Origin: Octopus vulgaris
Lineage: Eukaryota
DNA: 64,000 nucleotides
NCBI GenBank assembly: GCA_951406725.2
Contig: OX597833.1
Coordinates: 26,288,001-26,352,000 of the forward strand
Direction: 5' to 3'
Of this stretch, positions 29,286-44,790 are shown one piece after another (within the stretch, counting starts at the first letter, position 1; each line of letters begins with the position of its first letter). The notes beneath the pieces are model-generated. The model made no database searches and was not told the origin of the DNA. It was given only the letters and a program-made list of their open reading frames with translations. Both the position numbers and the translations under genes were made by a program.

Positions 29286-29350
<65 letters not shown>

Positions 29351-29422
29351 TATACATATGCATATACATATGCATATACATATATATATTTACATATAAA
29401 TATATATATGCGTATTCATATA

Positions 29423-30895
<1,473 letters not shown>

Positions 30896-31690
30896 GCTAT
30901 TGAAAACCTTAGCAAATTTCAGTTTTTTTTTTACTCTGTGTTCCACGTTCCTGTTAGATAAAAACTATGTTGCGTTATCAATTTCTTTTATTCTTGTAAT
31001 GTTATTTCCACGTCAATGTAATGTCTGTCTGAATCTCTCGTTCTCTGTTACTCCGAAACTGTCCCCACATCTTCGATAAATCTTTTCTTTTCCATTCCTT
31101 TCCTTCTGCGCATATAAGCGTATGTATGAGTCTTTGTGTATATGTATAGTGTGGGTGTGATTGTGCATGTATGGATGAATAGATAAATAGACAGATAGAT
31201 AGATTCATTCTGCATTTGCATTTGTATTTGATAACGGAAACGTATTTAGTCATTTCAAAAGGATAGCATGTACTTCTTTTTATATCAAATACCATATATG
31301 CCGTTTGCTTTTGGCATCTTATCGTAACTCTATCAAACCTCGCATGTCATATCATGGAGAAAATATATATATTTCCATGTGAAACGTGTTATTCCGGAAG
31401 TGATATAAAATTAATAAACGCAACATCTAAGCAAGCTGTTAATCTATATTATTGGTAAATAATGGATTATAGTTGAGGTTTGGGAAATCATTCGTTGTTT
31501 GTACAGATAATACTTCAAAAGAGTGAAGATGTCAAGATTAAAATTTTCGAAATCAAAATTGACTATCAAATTTCGAGATTCTTGAAAGGATAGAGAATAA
31601 TTAAGAATAATTAGTTATAATTGTCTTCCACAATCAAGTTTATACACGTAAGTACATGTATGTATATACGTATCTATGCATATTTAAACT

Positions 31691-31759
<69 letters not shown>

Positions 31760-32066
31760 GCGTGTGTGTGTGTGTGTGTGTGCATGCAAATAGTATGCTT
31801 TTTATCTTTCCTCTCAATTGATTCAGCCATTAGACAGCGGCGATGCTGGGACTCGATTTTGATAATCTTTTGATAATCTTTTGTAAACAGAAATCGATAC
31901 TTGCACTTATTTTCTTCACATTTGGTACTTATTCAATCGATGTCATTTGCCGAACAGATACGTTACGTGGATAAAAGTACATCAAAACCAAGAGGTAGTG
32001 GTGCACAAACACGGAGCCACACACATGCGCCTGCTTGCACGCGCACACATACACACATATATCTTT

Positions 32067-32820
32067 TCTATATTATAAATCTGAAATGCGAAAAGTTTGT
32101 TTGTTTGTCTGGTTTTGGCATTGAGAACGGGTTAAAGGCCATTAGATCCCGTCGGATTGACTCCAAAATTTACAGGGACATGTAAAATAAGGTGTCGTTG
32201 CTAGGGCCAAAAACGCACTTTGACAAGTCTACTCTTATTATTTTATGTATCTGTCTTCCTCCATCACTCATTCTCTTTCCTCCCTTCCCATCACGTTCTA
32301 TATATAACGTGGTTTCACAGCGTCTACTTCCCTTACCTTCACTTTCTCTTTATAACGTCTTTTCACAGCGTCCTCAATCTCCCCCTCCTCCCCGCCTTCG
32401 ACAGCGATTTCACACACTCTCTCTCTCTCTCTCTACGTCTGTCTGCATTCATAGACAGAATTATCATCACCACCACCACCACCACCACCACCACCACACA
32501 ATCATGAGAACAAATATTATGAATCAGATATTTATTGGGTTAATTTATATGTGTGTGTGTGTGTGTGTTCTATATATAAATATGTATATATAATGTATGT
32601 ATACAAAGTGTATATATCTGTATTTATGTATATTAAACTTTTTAATACTTTTTGATAGATATATATATTTCAGATTTATAACATAGAGATATAGAGGCTA
32701 AATCTGAAAACATGAACAGGAAGCAAAATTCTCACTATAGAGCCGCGTATATGCATTTATCTTTGGATAGATATGCAAATGTATAAATATCTATATAAAT
32801 ATATACACATATATTTGTTT
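32067..32820 (+). mobile_element. Non-autonomous Helitron/DINE-like element, 5' part
   Basis: Begins tctatattataaatctgaa followed by (gttt)n; internal repeats cgt..tttcacagcgtc; 3' end not identified. Confidence 0.45.
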
Positions 32821-32824
32821 GTAC

Positions 32825-33212
32825 GAGTGGCTGTGTGGTAAGTAGTTTGCTTACCAACCACATGGTTCCGGGTTCAGTCCCACTGCGTGGCACCTTGGGG
32901 CAAGTGCCTTCTACTATAACCTCGGGCCGACCAAACCCTTGTGAGTGGATTTGGTAGAGGGAAACTGTAAGAAGCCTGCCGTATATATCTATATGTATAT
33001 ATTTTTGTGAGTCTGTTTGTCCCCCCCCCCAACATCGCTTGACAACCGATGCTGGTGTGTTTACGTCCCCGTAACTTAGCGGTTCGACAAAAGAGTCCGA
33101 TAGAATAAATACTAGGATTACAAAGAATAAGTCCTGGGATCGATTTGCTCGACTAAAGGCGGTGCTCCAGCATGGTCACAGTCAACGACTGGAACAAATA
33201 AAAAAGTGAGAG
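32825..33212 (+). mobile_element. tRNA-derived SINE, family A
   Basis: Colinear and highly similar to 21196-21602. Confidence 0.9.
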
Positions 33213-33751
33213 TATATAAGCTTTTTGTACGTAAGCACATGTGCCTGGGCTTGGTTATTTATACATATTAAGATATGAATTTTCGTATGTGTGCATAGGC
33301 ATTGCAAGGTGATACACTATATTCCATAATCGGAACCTATTTTTCTATATTTTTCTTAACCTTATGATATATAACCTTTATAACAGTGACCTAAATATAT
33401 TCACTTTATTATCTTTTCTCGAATTTAAATCGTTTACATACGATTTGCTAACGGCGAATAATATACATATATTATCTTTTCTCTCGATGTTTATATGCGC
33501 AGGCAACCATTCAACTATTAACTATATATATGATTATAGATATGTACGTCTATGTGTGTGTGTGTGTGTTTCTATATATACATATACATGTGTGTGTATT
33601 GTATATATTTGTATTATATATATATATTCATGTATAACTATATATACAGACATATGTATTTATATAAAATGTGCATCTATTTATATATAAAAAACATATA
33701 ATAATAATGATGATGATTATAATAATGATAATAATAATAATAATAATAATG

Positions 33752-33793
<42 letters not shown>

Positions 33794-35426
33794 CAACACC
33801 CTGTGAAATAAATCCACAAAGGATTTCCTTGGCGCAATATTTATTTATTTCGCCATCTATGAAGCTGGAAAAATGTGTATGATGTGCTTAGATATATTTC
33901 CCGTCAACCAAATTCACTTGCAAGATATTGGTTAAATCAGAGCTATAGTTTATGGCAATTGCCTGGGTAATATCTTCGTGCCCGGATAATATCTTCTTAA
34001 CCACACAGCCGAGCCAGAGCCATATATATTTATGTATGTATTTTCCCATATGTTGTTGTTGTTGTTGTTGACATTGGTATTAGTCTCTCGAGGCCGAGAA
34101 AGACGATGCTGCAATTTTTGCTGAGCAGCCTGCGCAAATAATCTGTATATAATGGTCAATTATATGTGCTGTGATGAGCTCACTCTCCTCATTAAATCGA
34201 CAGTGCTTGTATTTGGAACTTAATGTCAACAAAATTATAGATAATAAACATTATCTTTCTAATGAGCCCTATAACCGATATTCATTGTTTAATGGAAATA
34301 AAAGGGACTTACTATGATCTATTTAGCTAGATATCTAAACGAAGACATTTCCAGTGATTAATACAAACTCATTCTTCGATCAAAATCCGCCGAGACCGAC
34401 ATTACCTTTCATGCTTCGGGGTCGATAAAAGAAGTACCTGTTGTACAATAAGATTGAATTAATCGAATTATCCCTCCTCACGAATTTTGTTGGCCTTATG
34501 CCAAAATTTGAAATGCATATAATTTCACTCTACAGTTTTGACATCAGTTGCAATTTTTCCTCTCGCTGTTTTCCTAATGTTACTATAATGACCCCTGCGC
34601 TTCGGAACTGACTGTCACTTCCTCACGGAACTGACTGTCACTTCTGACTCACTCCTGCATCTAGCCATCGTGAACAATTATTGTCTGTCAAGAATCCGAA
34701 CTATTCTGCGCTGTTGTTTCTTCCCAGAACGTCGGCCCTCTGGAACTGCTTGTCTGTAATCGATTAGCAACGGTTTTAGTAATACATTAGCGGCATCCCT
34801 TTCACGACGTGACAGAGGAACTTACGAACGCCATGTTCACAGCGCCTACCTAGAAAGCCAAGCAAAACTAAAACAAAACTAATAGAAAAACTCTCTGCGT
34901 GGCTTCTCTAAATATAATTAAATAAAATCCCGTCATGATATTATATAACCACAACCAAAAATATCAACGCCTACGAAAACCACTGACACCCCACTGACTT
35001 TTCACTACGACTACAATCATGACGCCTACTACCACCACCGACACCACCATTATCACCATCTTTATGGCCAACAACAACAATACTACAACTACCACGAGCA
35101 ACAACCACAACTACTACTAACACAATCATTAAGATAAAGTCCAGGTGGTTGACAAAGTTGTTCTTTTGTTGTTATAGTGGTGGTGGTGGTTTAGATAATG
35201 GTGGTTTACTATTCACGGAGAAGGTGGTGCTTCTGTTCTTGCTGGAACTGGAAGCATAAAATCCCACAAGTGAGATAATTGCTAACATTTATAAGCAAAT
35301 AAACGAGGCAACACATTAAAAAATTTAAAATAAAATAGTGTGATATGACATGACGTTCCACTTATCAGAGATACTGAATTTCACTAAGCATGTGCGTGCG
35401 TGTGCGTATGTGTGGTTGCATGCATG

Positions 35427-35475
<49 letters not shown>

Positions 35476-35548
35476 ATATATGTATATATATATATGTGTG
35501 TGTGTGTGTGTATGTATATGTATTTATATACATATATAAGTATATGTT

Positions 35549-35583
<35 letters not shown>

Positions 35584-35661
35584 TGTATGTGCATGTAAAT
35601 ATTTATATATAAGAACATATATACATGCACACACACACACTCACGCAGACACACGCGCACA

Positions 35662-35712
<51 letters not shown>

Positions 35713-35853
35713 GTTTATACACACACATGCATACATATATCTATATATATATGTATGTATGTATTCATGTATGTATGCATGTATGTATGTATGCATGCAT
35801 GCATGTATGTGTGTATATATTTCACTTGGAATTCTGTAAGTTTTCAACTGCGA

Positions 35854-35956
35854 ATAGGCATCAACTTCTAGCAAGCCAAGCTACTCCAGACTGATGAAGA
35901 GCAATTACCCTGAAACTATTCTCTGGTTGCTGGGTTTGCTGGGTGGAGGTGCTTAT
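35854..35956 (+). ncRNA. Type I hammerhead-like ribozyme at the apex of a long hairpin, in a ~270-bp insert (35820-36092) between TA-rich tracts
   Basis: ccaga CTGATGA agagcaattaccct GAAAC ta TTC tctgg; stem I extended by ctagcaagcc/ggtttgctgg and ataggcatc/ggtgcttat. Confidence 0.75.
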
Positions 35957-37469
35957 CTCCCCTGTTTGAAAACTTAAGGACACAGAACGCTTGTCAGATA
36001 ACCAACTGGAAACGATGTTTCCTGAGGCTAAATAGCAGTATCATTCTTCCCTTTCCTGGGACTGCCTCATTAAGTTGGCAACAAACCTTCACTTTATATA
36101 TATATATATATATATATCCTTCTGATATAAGAATATTTTTGACAGTGACTTCGAAGTGTATACATGCATATATTATGTGTGTGTGTCTCTGTCTTTATGT
36201 ATGTCTGTATCTATGTTTGTGTGCGTGTGTCTTTGTATCTGCTTTTGTACGCGAATGAATGAGCATATGGTAGCTATTCTCATCCTTCTCCTATGTTCAT
36301 TGTTTATATATGTAAAGGACGGTAAACTACTAGAAATGTTTATACAAATGATAACTGGCTAGATTAATGATAACTATAACCAGTGCTTCTACTCTTTCCT
36401 AATTAGAATATAACTTATATGAGAAATAATTCATTTAAATTATTTACTGGTAAACTACACTCATCTCTAAAGCTCTTTTAGAGAAATCCAAACCCGTATC
36501 TTCTGATTTTATTCACCATTTAATATAGAAAGTCTTGAGTGCGCTGGGCAAAAGGCTTAGCGATATTTCTTCTGTCTTCGTTCTGAGTTCAAATTCCGTC
36601 GAGTTCGACTTTACCTTTCATTCTTCGGGATCGATAAAATATACAGCAATTGAGCACTGGGGTCGATGTAATCGACTTGGTCCCTCCCCCAAACTTGCTG
36701 GCCTTGTACCAAAATTCGAAACCAATATACAAGATCTTGAATAGTTTAGAAATTCGCATTGTTATCACTGCGTTCGATTGGAATGTTAAGTATCTTCGAC
36801 TAAACTTTTCCGTGTGTGAAATAAAGTATCGAAAACTGTATAAAAGCTCGACATATGGATTGCACTAGTCATTCGAATCCCCAGCCTTTTTACAACCTGT
36901 GTACACGGTTCACTCCATGCTGCGTGAATTTAATAACTATTTAGTTCATGTGATTGAGCGGATGAATTCTCATAGGAGTCGAAGTTACCATGAGATAAAT
37001 TACAAATTTTATGACGGGTGACATATTTGATAGTCTTTGAACATTCAATTTCAAACGATACAAGAATTAGTCGAAAATTCACCTTTTGGACAAGACGGTA
37101 CCAACCCGTCCTTGGAAGAGTTTTATTAATAGATAAACGTTGAAAGTTGCGTTTCAAAATTGGAATTAATGCTTTGTAGGAGATGGGTTTGGTTACATGG
37201 TGAACAAAGTGGTAACAGTTTTGTTTCGGTTGGTTGTTATTTATTTACTTATATATTCAGTATTTCATTTTATTTATTTATTCAGTTTCGATTTCGGTTT
37301 CGTTTTGGGCAACGCTCGTATTTTAAATTCTTGGTGAGGAATAAGACAGCACAGATTTCCGACGGATTATGTTTCCTTTGTCTCTGATTAGAAACAATGC
37401 TTTAATCTAGACTATATGAATACATTTCTACACTTCAGTGCACGCATGCATATATACACATACATTCAT

Positions 37470-37538
<69 letters not shown>

Positions 37539-38339
37539 CACACACATACATGTAAATATGTGTGTATGTGTGTGTGCGCGCGCGCGTAGGTGTGTGTGTG
37601 TGTGCGTGCACATTCCAGTGTATTCTGAATGATTCCTGCAATCAGTCGCCGAAGCCGGTGAGCTCGTCATAATAAGCTAAATGGTATAACGTCGAATCAT
37701 AACAAGAAACGCGTTTTTCTTGTATTTTTTGTATCTCCCTTGAGAATTACTGACACGTTTGTCTTATATGAGCACTATACAACACTTTGGAGGTAGTTGT
37801 ATCATGATATTATATCGGGTGGATAGCGAAATTATGGTCAGAAAGAATGACAACCAGAGGTAAATGACATTTGCCTAACACAAGCCCTGCTTTTGTTTTC
37901 CCGATGAGTAATTGTAAATACAATATAAAATGAAAATCATTTTTCTTTACATATTTGTATTCTTGCTGTATGGAGATATACAGCCTGGACATAATTTGAG
38001 TTTAAAACTAATAATGCAGAATCGAATACAAATAATGATAGTCTGGGGCTAGAAATTCTGGTTAATTACGCATGGCAATTCACATCATTTGTAATTTACA
38101 ATCCATATTTTCTATAGAAATAGCCTGAAGTTTGTATGTTTATATTTTTGAACTAATTCTTATGCAATAGGAGTCACTTCGGCAGAAGGTAATACAGCGC
38201 GCACCTTATGAAAATATCCACAAGGGAAAGCTGGATAATTGCTTAGACTGATTTGTGATATCTATATATAAATGTATGAGTTCGTGAGAGAGAGGGAGAG
38301 AGGGAGAGAGAGAGAGAAAGATGGTAAGTGAGAGAGGGA

Positions 38340-38381
<42 letters not shown>

Positions 38382-38592
38382 TTTAAACAAACATATGCAT
38401 CATCAGAACGGTAATTGTTTTAGTATACCCGTGACGACAGAAAAATATTAACTCAATGCATAAGAAAATCTTGCCCTGAATTGTATCTGCCTCTCTCTCC
38501 TTTGCTTCTCCCAAGTACGGCATCAATTCACACACATACACAAGTAAACGCACACATGCAGCATATATACACATGCAACATATATACACATA

Positions 38593-38630
<38 letters not shown>

Positions 38631-38639
38631 CTGTATATA

Positions 38640-38704
<65 letters not shown>

Positions 38705-38798
38705 ATACATATACATATACATATACATATACTTATACATATACATATAAACAAAGACATGACACCAGAAAAATCAAAAGTTATGTTATGAACTTCAT

Positions 38799-38884
38799 AA
38801 ACCTACAGCTGTTTCTGCTACAGGATGTGGTGGACTCTTAGTCGAGTACCAAGATAACATCCTGTAGCTTTATCATCAGAGCCT
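38799..38884 (-). ncRNA. Type I hammerhead-like ribozyme with long stem II
   Basis: Minus strand: aggct CTGATGA taaa gctacaggatgt...acatcctgtagc a GAAAC agct GTA ggttt; perfect 12-bp stem II, palindromic stem III acagctgt. Confidence 0.78.
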
Positions 38885-39092
38885 TTAATATAAAGTGCAC
38901 TTATATTTGGGAAAGTTACATCTTCTGAATATAGAGGCATTATAAATGAGTTTCTTATTACCACTCTGTACTCATGTAACGTTTCTTTCTGGACGATAAA
39001 TATACTGAGTTTTACACCTGGTTATTAGCTTGCTATGCCTAAGCGAAATATTAACACACACACACACACACACAGACACACACATGTATAAA

Positions 39093-39961
39093 CAGGGTGG
39101 GGGGGAAATTATGTAGGTATTGGAAATTGCGTATAGAATTTTTAGTATACAACTCTTAAGACATGACGAAAACATTTTTTAAACAGACAACACTAATGGG
39201 GATTTCTTATTTTATTGTTGTCTTATTTCACATTTCTCCTTTTCCCTACGGCCGGTCACTTGACTGTTGAGGAGCGAACTAAGATCCCAGCACGCTATGT
39301 AGTGTTGAATTCCATTGTTTTCATTCAGAGTTGGTGGCGTGCGTGGAAAGCTAAGCATGTAACACTACGTCCGGAGACAACAAAAAGTTGTCATGCAATG
39401 ATGATGACCATGGGCTCTAAGAAGAATGCAAAAAGAAGTGGCCGTCCAACTACATCTCGATTAGTGGAGAACGTGGCAACAGCGCAAGAAATGTTTCGCA
39501 GCTCGCGAGAATGGACTAACAAGACACACAAGACGTTCGGAGTTGCGTAAAGAATTGAATTTTCGTGCGTGGAAAACCCATTACGTGTAGGAGCTAAAAC
39601 GTGAAGACTACGAATGCAGAAGTCCAGAACTTCAGAACTTCAAGAAATTCAGATCTCATTGTGGGGTTACACAATAGAGGAGGTGTACAAGACAAAACCT
39701 CGCCCGCTCGAGGACTTGGAGATACAGATTCAGGAGGCTCTCAGTGATTTCCCAGACGACGTCCTTCAGAAGGTTTTTCATTCCATCCCTGGCTGTATGA
39801 GGAAACTGGTTGACGCCACCGGTGCTTACGCTGAAATAGGAAGATTTACTTCCATTTTCCCACGTAATAAAGAACATGGGTAATTTGCTTCAATACATTT
39901 GGAAAAGGAATATGGATTTCATTACCAATTTTTAATGCCTACTTACTTTTCACCTACCCTG
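39093..39961 (+). mobile_element. Internally deleted Tc1/mariner-superfamily element, probably rosa/VS (DD41D) type
   Basis: TIRs cagggtgggggggaaattatgtaggtatt / aatgcctacttacttttcacctaccctg; N-terminal LTVEERTKI...KRSGRPTTSR and C-terminal LWGYTIEEVYKTKPRPLEDL; catalytic core absent. Confidence 0.8.
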
Positions 39962-39990
39962 AATTTATACATATATATTTCTACATGTAC

Positions 39991-40039
<49 letters not shown>

Positions 40040-41243
40040 AAACACACATACACACACTCACACGTTGATACGATACATGCGAAGAGAGAGTGAGAGAAAG
40101 AGTAGAAGTCCACAATTGCATAACTAATAATTTAAGTGAAATATCTATATAGGTTTAAACGTTTATTCCCCATAATTCTGCTTGTTTTTAGCTTTCGTGT
40201 TACTTTTGTTCAAACGTCATTTACAAGAGTTAATATGTATAAATCAACTTTCACTATTCTGAGATATTTTAAGAGGTGTTACAAATGAATATATATTATA
40301 GTAGTTTTTCATTTTTCTCTCCGATACCTGAATCGTTACCATTATTTTGTAACTATATTTTACAGGTTCATCTTCATGTTTCAAGTTTCTTTCTCTCACA
40401 TTTTGTTTTTTGAATTTCCCTTCCCGTTTATCCACTGCTAACCGTTATTAACTCTGCTACGTCTCGTTTAACATATTGGGTGTTTGGAGTACCAAAAGAC
40501 TCTTTCTTGATAATTATGTAATATAGGCGCAGGTGTGACTGTGTGGTGAGAAGCATGTTGACCAACTAGATGGTTCCGAGTTCAGTCCCACAGCGCGGCA
40601 CCTTGGGCAAATATCTTCTATAGCTTCAGCCCGACGAAGTCCTTGTGAGAGAATTTGATAGACGAAAACTGAAAGAAGCTCATCATATATAAATCGTGAG
40701 GTCAATTGATCCGACAAGAATTCCTCCAATGCGGTGCCCCAGCGTGGCCGCAATCATAACAAGTACATGATCCACGATAAAAGATATATGGTCTGTAAGA
40801 ATTATTTTTGAGCAATGAGAGTGGAATGGGCAGTGAATAGGCTGAAGCGTTAGAGCATTGTACCAAAGGAATTGTCGCCACGAGGCTATAGTAGAAGACA
40901 CTTGCCCAAGGTGCCACGCTGTGGAACTGAACTCGGAACCATGTGGCTGGGAAGCATGTTGGTCCCGACCGTGGTCAACTTCGCTCTGCACTCCTGTTGG
41001 ACCAATTAAATAAAGTACCAATCAACTTCTGATGTAAATGGCATCAGCTAAGCCCCTCCCCTCAAAAATATGTAATGTTAAATTTGTGAATGATGTTCTT
41101 CGTGTTAGATATTTCAACCGAGACACTGTTTGGGGGGGCGTTGCGATCGAATGCGTTACATCCACGATTATTTTAAAGGGGGAGATACCCATTATTAATC
41201 AAGCTACAGAGGCTCTACATACATACATACATACATACATACA

Positions 41244-41274
<31 letters not shown>

Positions 41275-41460
41275 TTTTCATATAGTAGAAGAAATAGCTA
41301 AGATTTTTTGGCTGCTATTTCTAAAAGTTCGGTGTGTGGTAAAGTAAATTATATAACGTAATGTTTTGAATATACCGTAAATGGTCTTTTTACATACTGA
41401 ACACTACTTGGTAAAGTTAATTAATAATTAATTAATTTTACCCTTTTATTATTGATACTT

Positions 41461-41554
41461 GCATACATACATACATACATACATGCATACATACATACAT
41501 ACATGCATGCATACATGCATACATGCATACATACGTACATGCATGCATACATAC

Positions 41555-41585
<31 letters not shown>

Positions 41586-41736
41586 CATACATGTATGCAT
41601 GCATACATACATACATGCATACATACATACATGCATACATACATACATACATACATACATACATACATACATACATGCATACATACATACATACATACAT
41701 ATATACATACATACATACATACATACATGCATACAT
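41461..41736. repeat. Long (CATA/CATG)n tetranucleotide microsatellite, representative of dozens of simple repeats in the window
   Basis: Directly visible. Confidence 0.97.
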
Positions 41737-41861
41737 ATTATTTGTTATGTTTACTTGTTTCAGTCATTAGACTGCGACCTTACTTAGACTCCTCGTTGCA
41801 GAAGTTTTAGTCGTATAAATCGACCTCAGTACTTTTTTTTAAAGCCTGGTAATTATTCTCT

Positions 41862-42102
41862 GGAGGCGCGTCAGCATCATGATCGTAAGATTGTGCTTTC
41901 GATTCCTAGACCGGGCGACGCATTGTGTTCTTGAGCAAAACACTTCATTTCACGTGGTTCCAGTCCACTCAGCTGGCTAAAATGCGTAACGCTGCGATGA
42001 ACTGGCGTCCCGTCCAGTTGGGGAGCACATGCGCCATAGAAACCTTGAAACCGGGCCCATGAGCCTGGCTAGGCTTTAAAAGGGCGCATTTATTTATTTA
42101 TT
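41862..42102 (+). mobile_element. Family B SINE with TSD, nested in a minus-strand family A SINE (41750-42360)
   Basis: taattattct on both sides (41850, 42103); (attt)n tail; matches 48856-49112. Confidence 0.85.
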
Positions 42103-42707
42103 TAATTATTCTATCGTTTTCTTTCGCCGAAGCACCATGTTACGAGTACGTACACACCGGCACTTGCTGACAATCAGTGGTGGGTGCAAACACAAACACA
42201 AAGACAAAGACAAACACGCGTTAGCGCGCGCACTCTTATACACACACACACACACACATGTATAGACTTCTTTCAGTTTCCGTCTAACTAATCCATTCAG
42301 AAGCTCTGGTAGAAGACATTTGTCGAAGGTGGTTAGGAAGCTTCTTACCACATAGCGACGCCTACACACACACACACACACGAGGTCAATATAATAAGTA
42401 CCAGTTGAACACTGGATTCGATGTAATCGACTTACCCTCTCTCGAAGTTGCTGGCTCAATGCCGAAATTTGAAACCAATATTTAGGCAGAATAGTAGTAA
42501 ATGTTAAGAACTATAAAGATTGTTTCAGCCGATTACATATCTCTAAATTAATTGCATTGCATATCAATCCTCCTAAGTACTTACACAGCACATTTGTGGA
42601 TGAGTTGTAAATAAATTTGCATTCGTATATTTAATAGATATACTTCTAATTTCACTGAAAGAAACAAACCTCTATTTATACTTTTCTATCAAGCTATACC
42701 TAACTGT

Positions 42708-42775
<68 letters not shown>

Positions 42776-43473
42776 TCTATTCTATTCTATTCTGTTCTAT
42801 TCTATTCTATTCTATTCCTTACTATTCTATTCAGTCTCTCCATTCTATCTAGCTGTTCTATCTCTGTCTCCTCTCCTTTTCTCACTTCCTGTAGATCAGA
42901 TGAAACTGACGAGCTGGCAATTAGCGGTGAAAATAGAAGCGGCGAATTCACGTTTTCTTTTTTCATTCATCCATTCATCCAAGCATTTATTCATCATACT
43001 ATTCAGTTATTTATGTACGTCTTTTTCATTTAATTATTCAATCAATCATTCATTCATTATTTATTGATTTGTTCGTTATTAGTTCACTCATTCACCTGAT
43101 CATCCGTTCATCCATCTGCGTATTCGTTCATTTGGATATTCATTCATTCTTTCTTTCGTCTCTTTGTTCGTTAGTCTCCTCGCTCAGATATATAAATTCA
43201 AGAGATAATTCCATTAAGTTATCATTAAATTTTCACGTATAAAGACTAACAACAAGATTTTAGCTTTTGAAGTTAATTTACTAGAAGCTTCCGGCAAAAA
43301 GGATTAACTGAAGGATGGCTTCCTTTAATAAGACGTATTGATGTGTTATTTGGTTTGTAGTCGGTCAATGCCATAGTGATGGAGACGGTGTCTCAGCAGA
43401 CTGACAGCTACAGAGACCAAACTGACAGATGGTAGAGGAACACGGATTGCACAATGACATCAACAACAACAGC

Positions 43474-43529
<56 letters not shown>

Positions 43530-44568
43530 TAATAATAATAATAATAATAACAATAATAATAATGATAATGATAATAAGGATAAGGATAGTTTCTTTTATT
43601 AGCCACAGGAACATAGCGACAGGCAACAATTTACGTGAGGATTTACATAAAGGATGGGAAGAAGGAAATGGAAAACATGAATGATGCAGTCCACCTGATA
43701 CAAGAGAAATTCCAGCTTGGGCCAATCAAGAACCCCACCCACAGCCCCAGTATTATCCTGTCCAACAAAGGCATAATAATAATAATAATAACCATTTTTA
43801 ATAGTCACTCATCTTTTTACAAATTCACTGAGAGGTAGCACTTGACTATCTACCCTCACTTTCCTTTCCAAGTGCAACTTAAAAAAATTATGAGGGCTTG
43901 ACCGAGGAGTAAGGTATCTTTAATAATAATATGCTTTATTTACCACTGGCGTTTCAAATGAAAAGTATGTTATAAAGATGGGACGAATGAAGTGTGGAGG
44001 TTTTCACAGAAAAAGTATTCCAGCATGATAAAGATTATATTGATCCAAGTTCGCTCTGAATACCAAGGGCAAGAGCCACCTCTCGAAATCTCTATCTCCG
44101 ACCTGCAATTCTTGCTTGAGACTAGAATAATTCTTGCTGACAACACTACTTTCATCTGCCTTTCAGCAAATTTATTACAATGGGACACCTCAACCTTGAC
44201 ACTTATCTTCCTTTTAAAAACGGAACCTAATAAAAGCAAACAGTAAAGAGTGTGTGTTTCAAGTAAACTAAATAAAAATACTGTAGACTTTATTTTAGTA
44301 CGTATTGCAGTAAATTTACCCTATTGTTCCCCTTGATTATTTATACTAAATAATGAGTAGTATTAATTTAAAATCCCTCTGGTAAATAAAATTGATCAAA
44401 ATGACCTCATTTTCTCTCGACACTGTATTTTATCGACCGTGGAATGATGTAATCCTAACGTGACATTTGTAGGGTTGGAACTGGAACACATACCGCAACT
44501 TTACTCTAACGTTTCTGGCAACACATTAGTTTTAGTAATAGATTTTGAACTTAGAAAGTAAAAACTCA

Positions 44569-44790
44569 GAAACGTTAGCACGCCGGGCGAAATTCGTAGC
44601 CGTATTTCGTCTGCCGTTACGTTCTGAGTTCAAATTCCGCCGAGGTCGACTTTGCCTTTCATCCTTTCGGGGTCGATAAATTAAGTACCAATTACGCACT
44701 GGGGTCGATATAATCGACTTAATCCGTTTGTCTGTCCTTGTTTGTTCCCTCTATGTTTAGCCCCTTGTGGGTAATAAAAAAATAAGAAAA
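44569..44790 (+). mobile_element. Family C SINE-like repeat, young 5'-truncated copy with TSD
   Basis: B-box-like gagttcaaattcc, cctttcggggtcgataaa core; taaaaactca on both sides; older copies near 17960, 34380, 36540, 51864 (+) and 46430, 61390 (-). Confidence 0.85.

Larger units (their letters stand above)
27554..29288 (+). mobile_element. 5'-truncated Penelope-like retroelement with inverted pseudo-LTR, inserted in (TA)n
   Basis: 137-bp inverted repeats 27554-27690 / 29083-29219 (2 mismatches seen) bracket an RT-thumb-GIY-YIG ORF; each arm carries a hammerhead-like motif. Confidence 0.93.

Noticed and set aside
34604-34643. Short direct repeat cggaactgactgtcacttc
   Set aside because: Two-copy local duplication with no further structure.
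42905-42940. ctgacga gctg…tagc ggt gaaa hammerhead-like string
   Set aside because: GAAA not adjacent to stem II; no stem I/III or NUH triplet.
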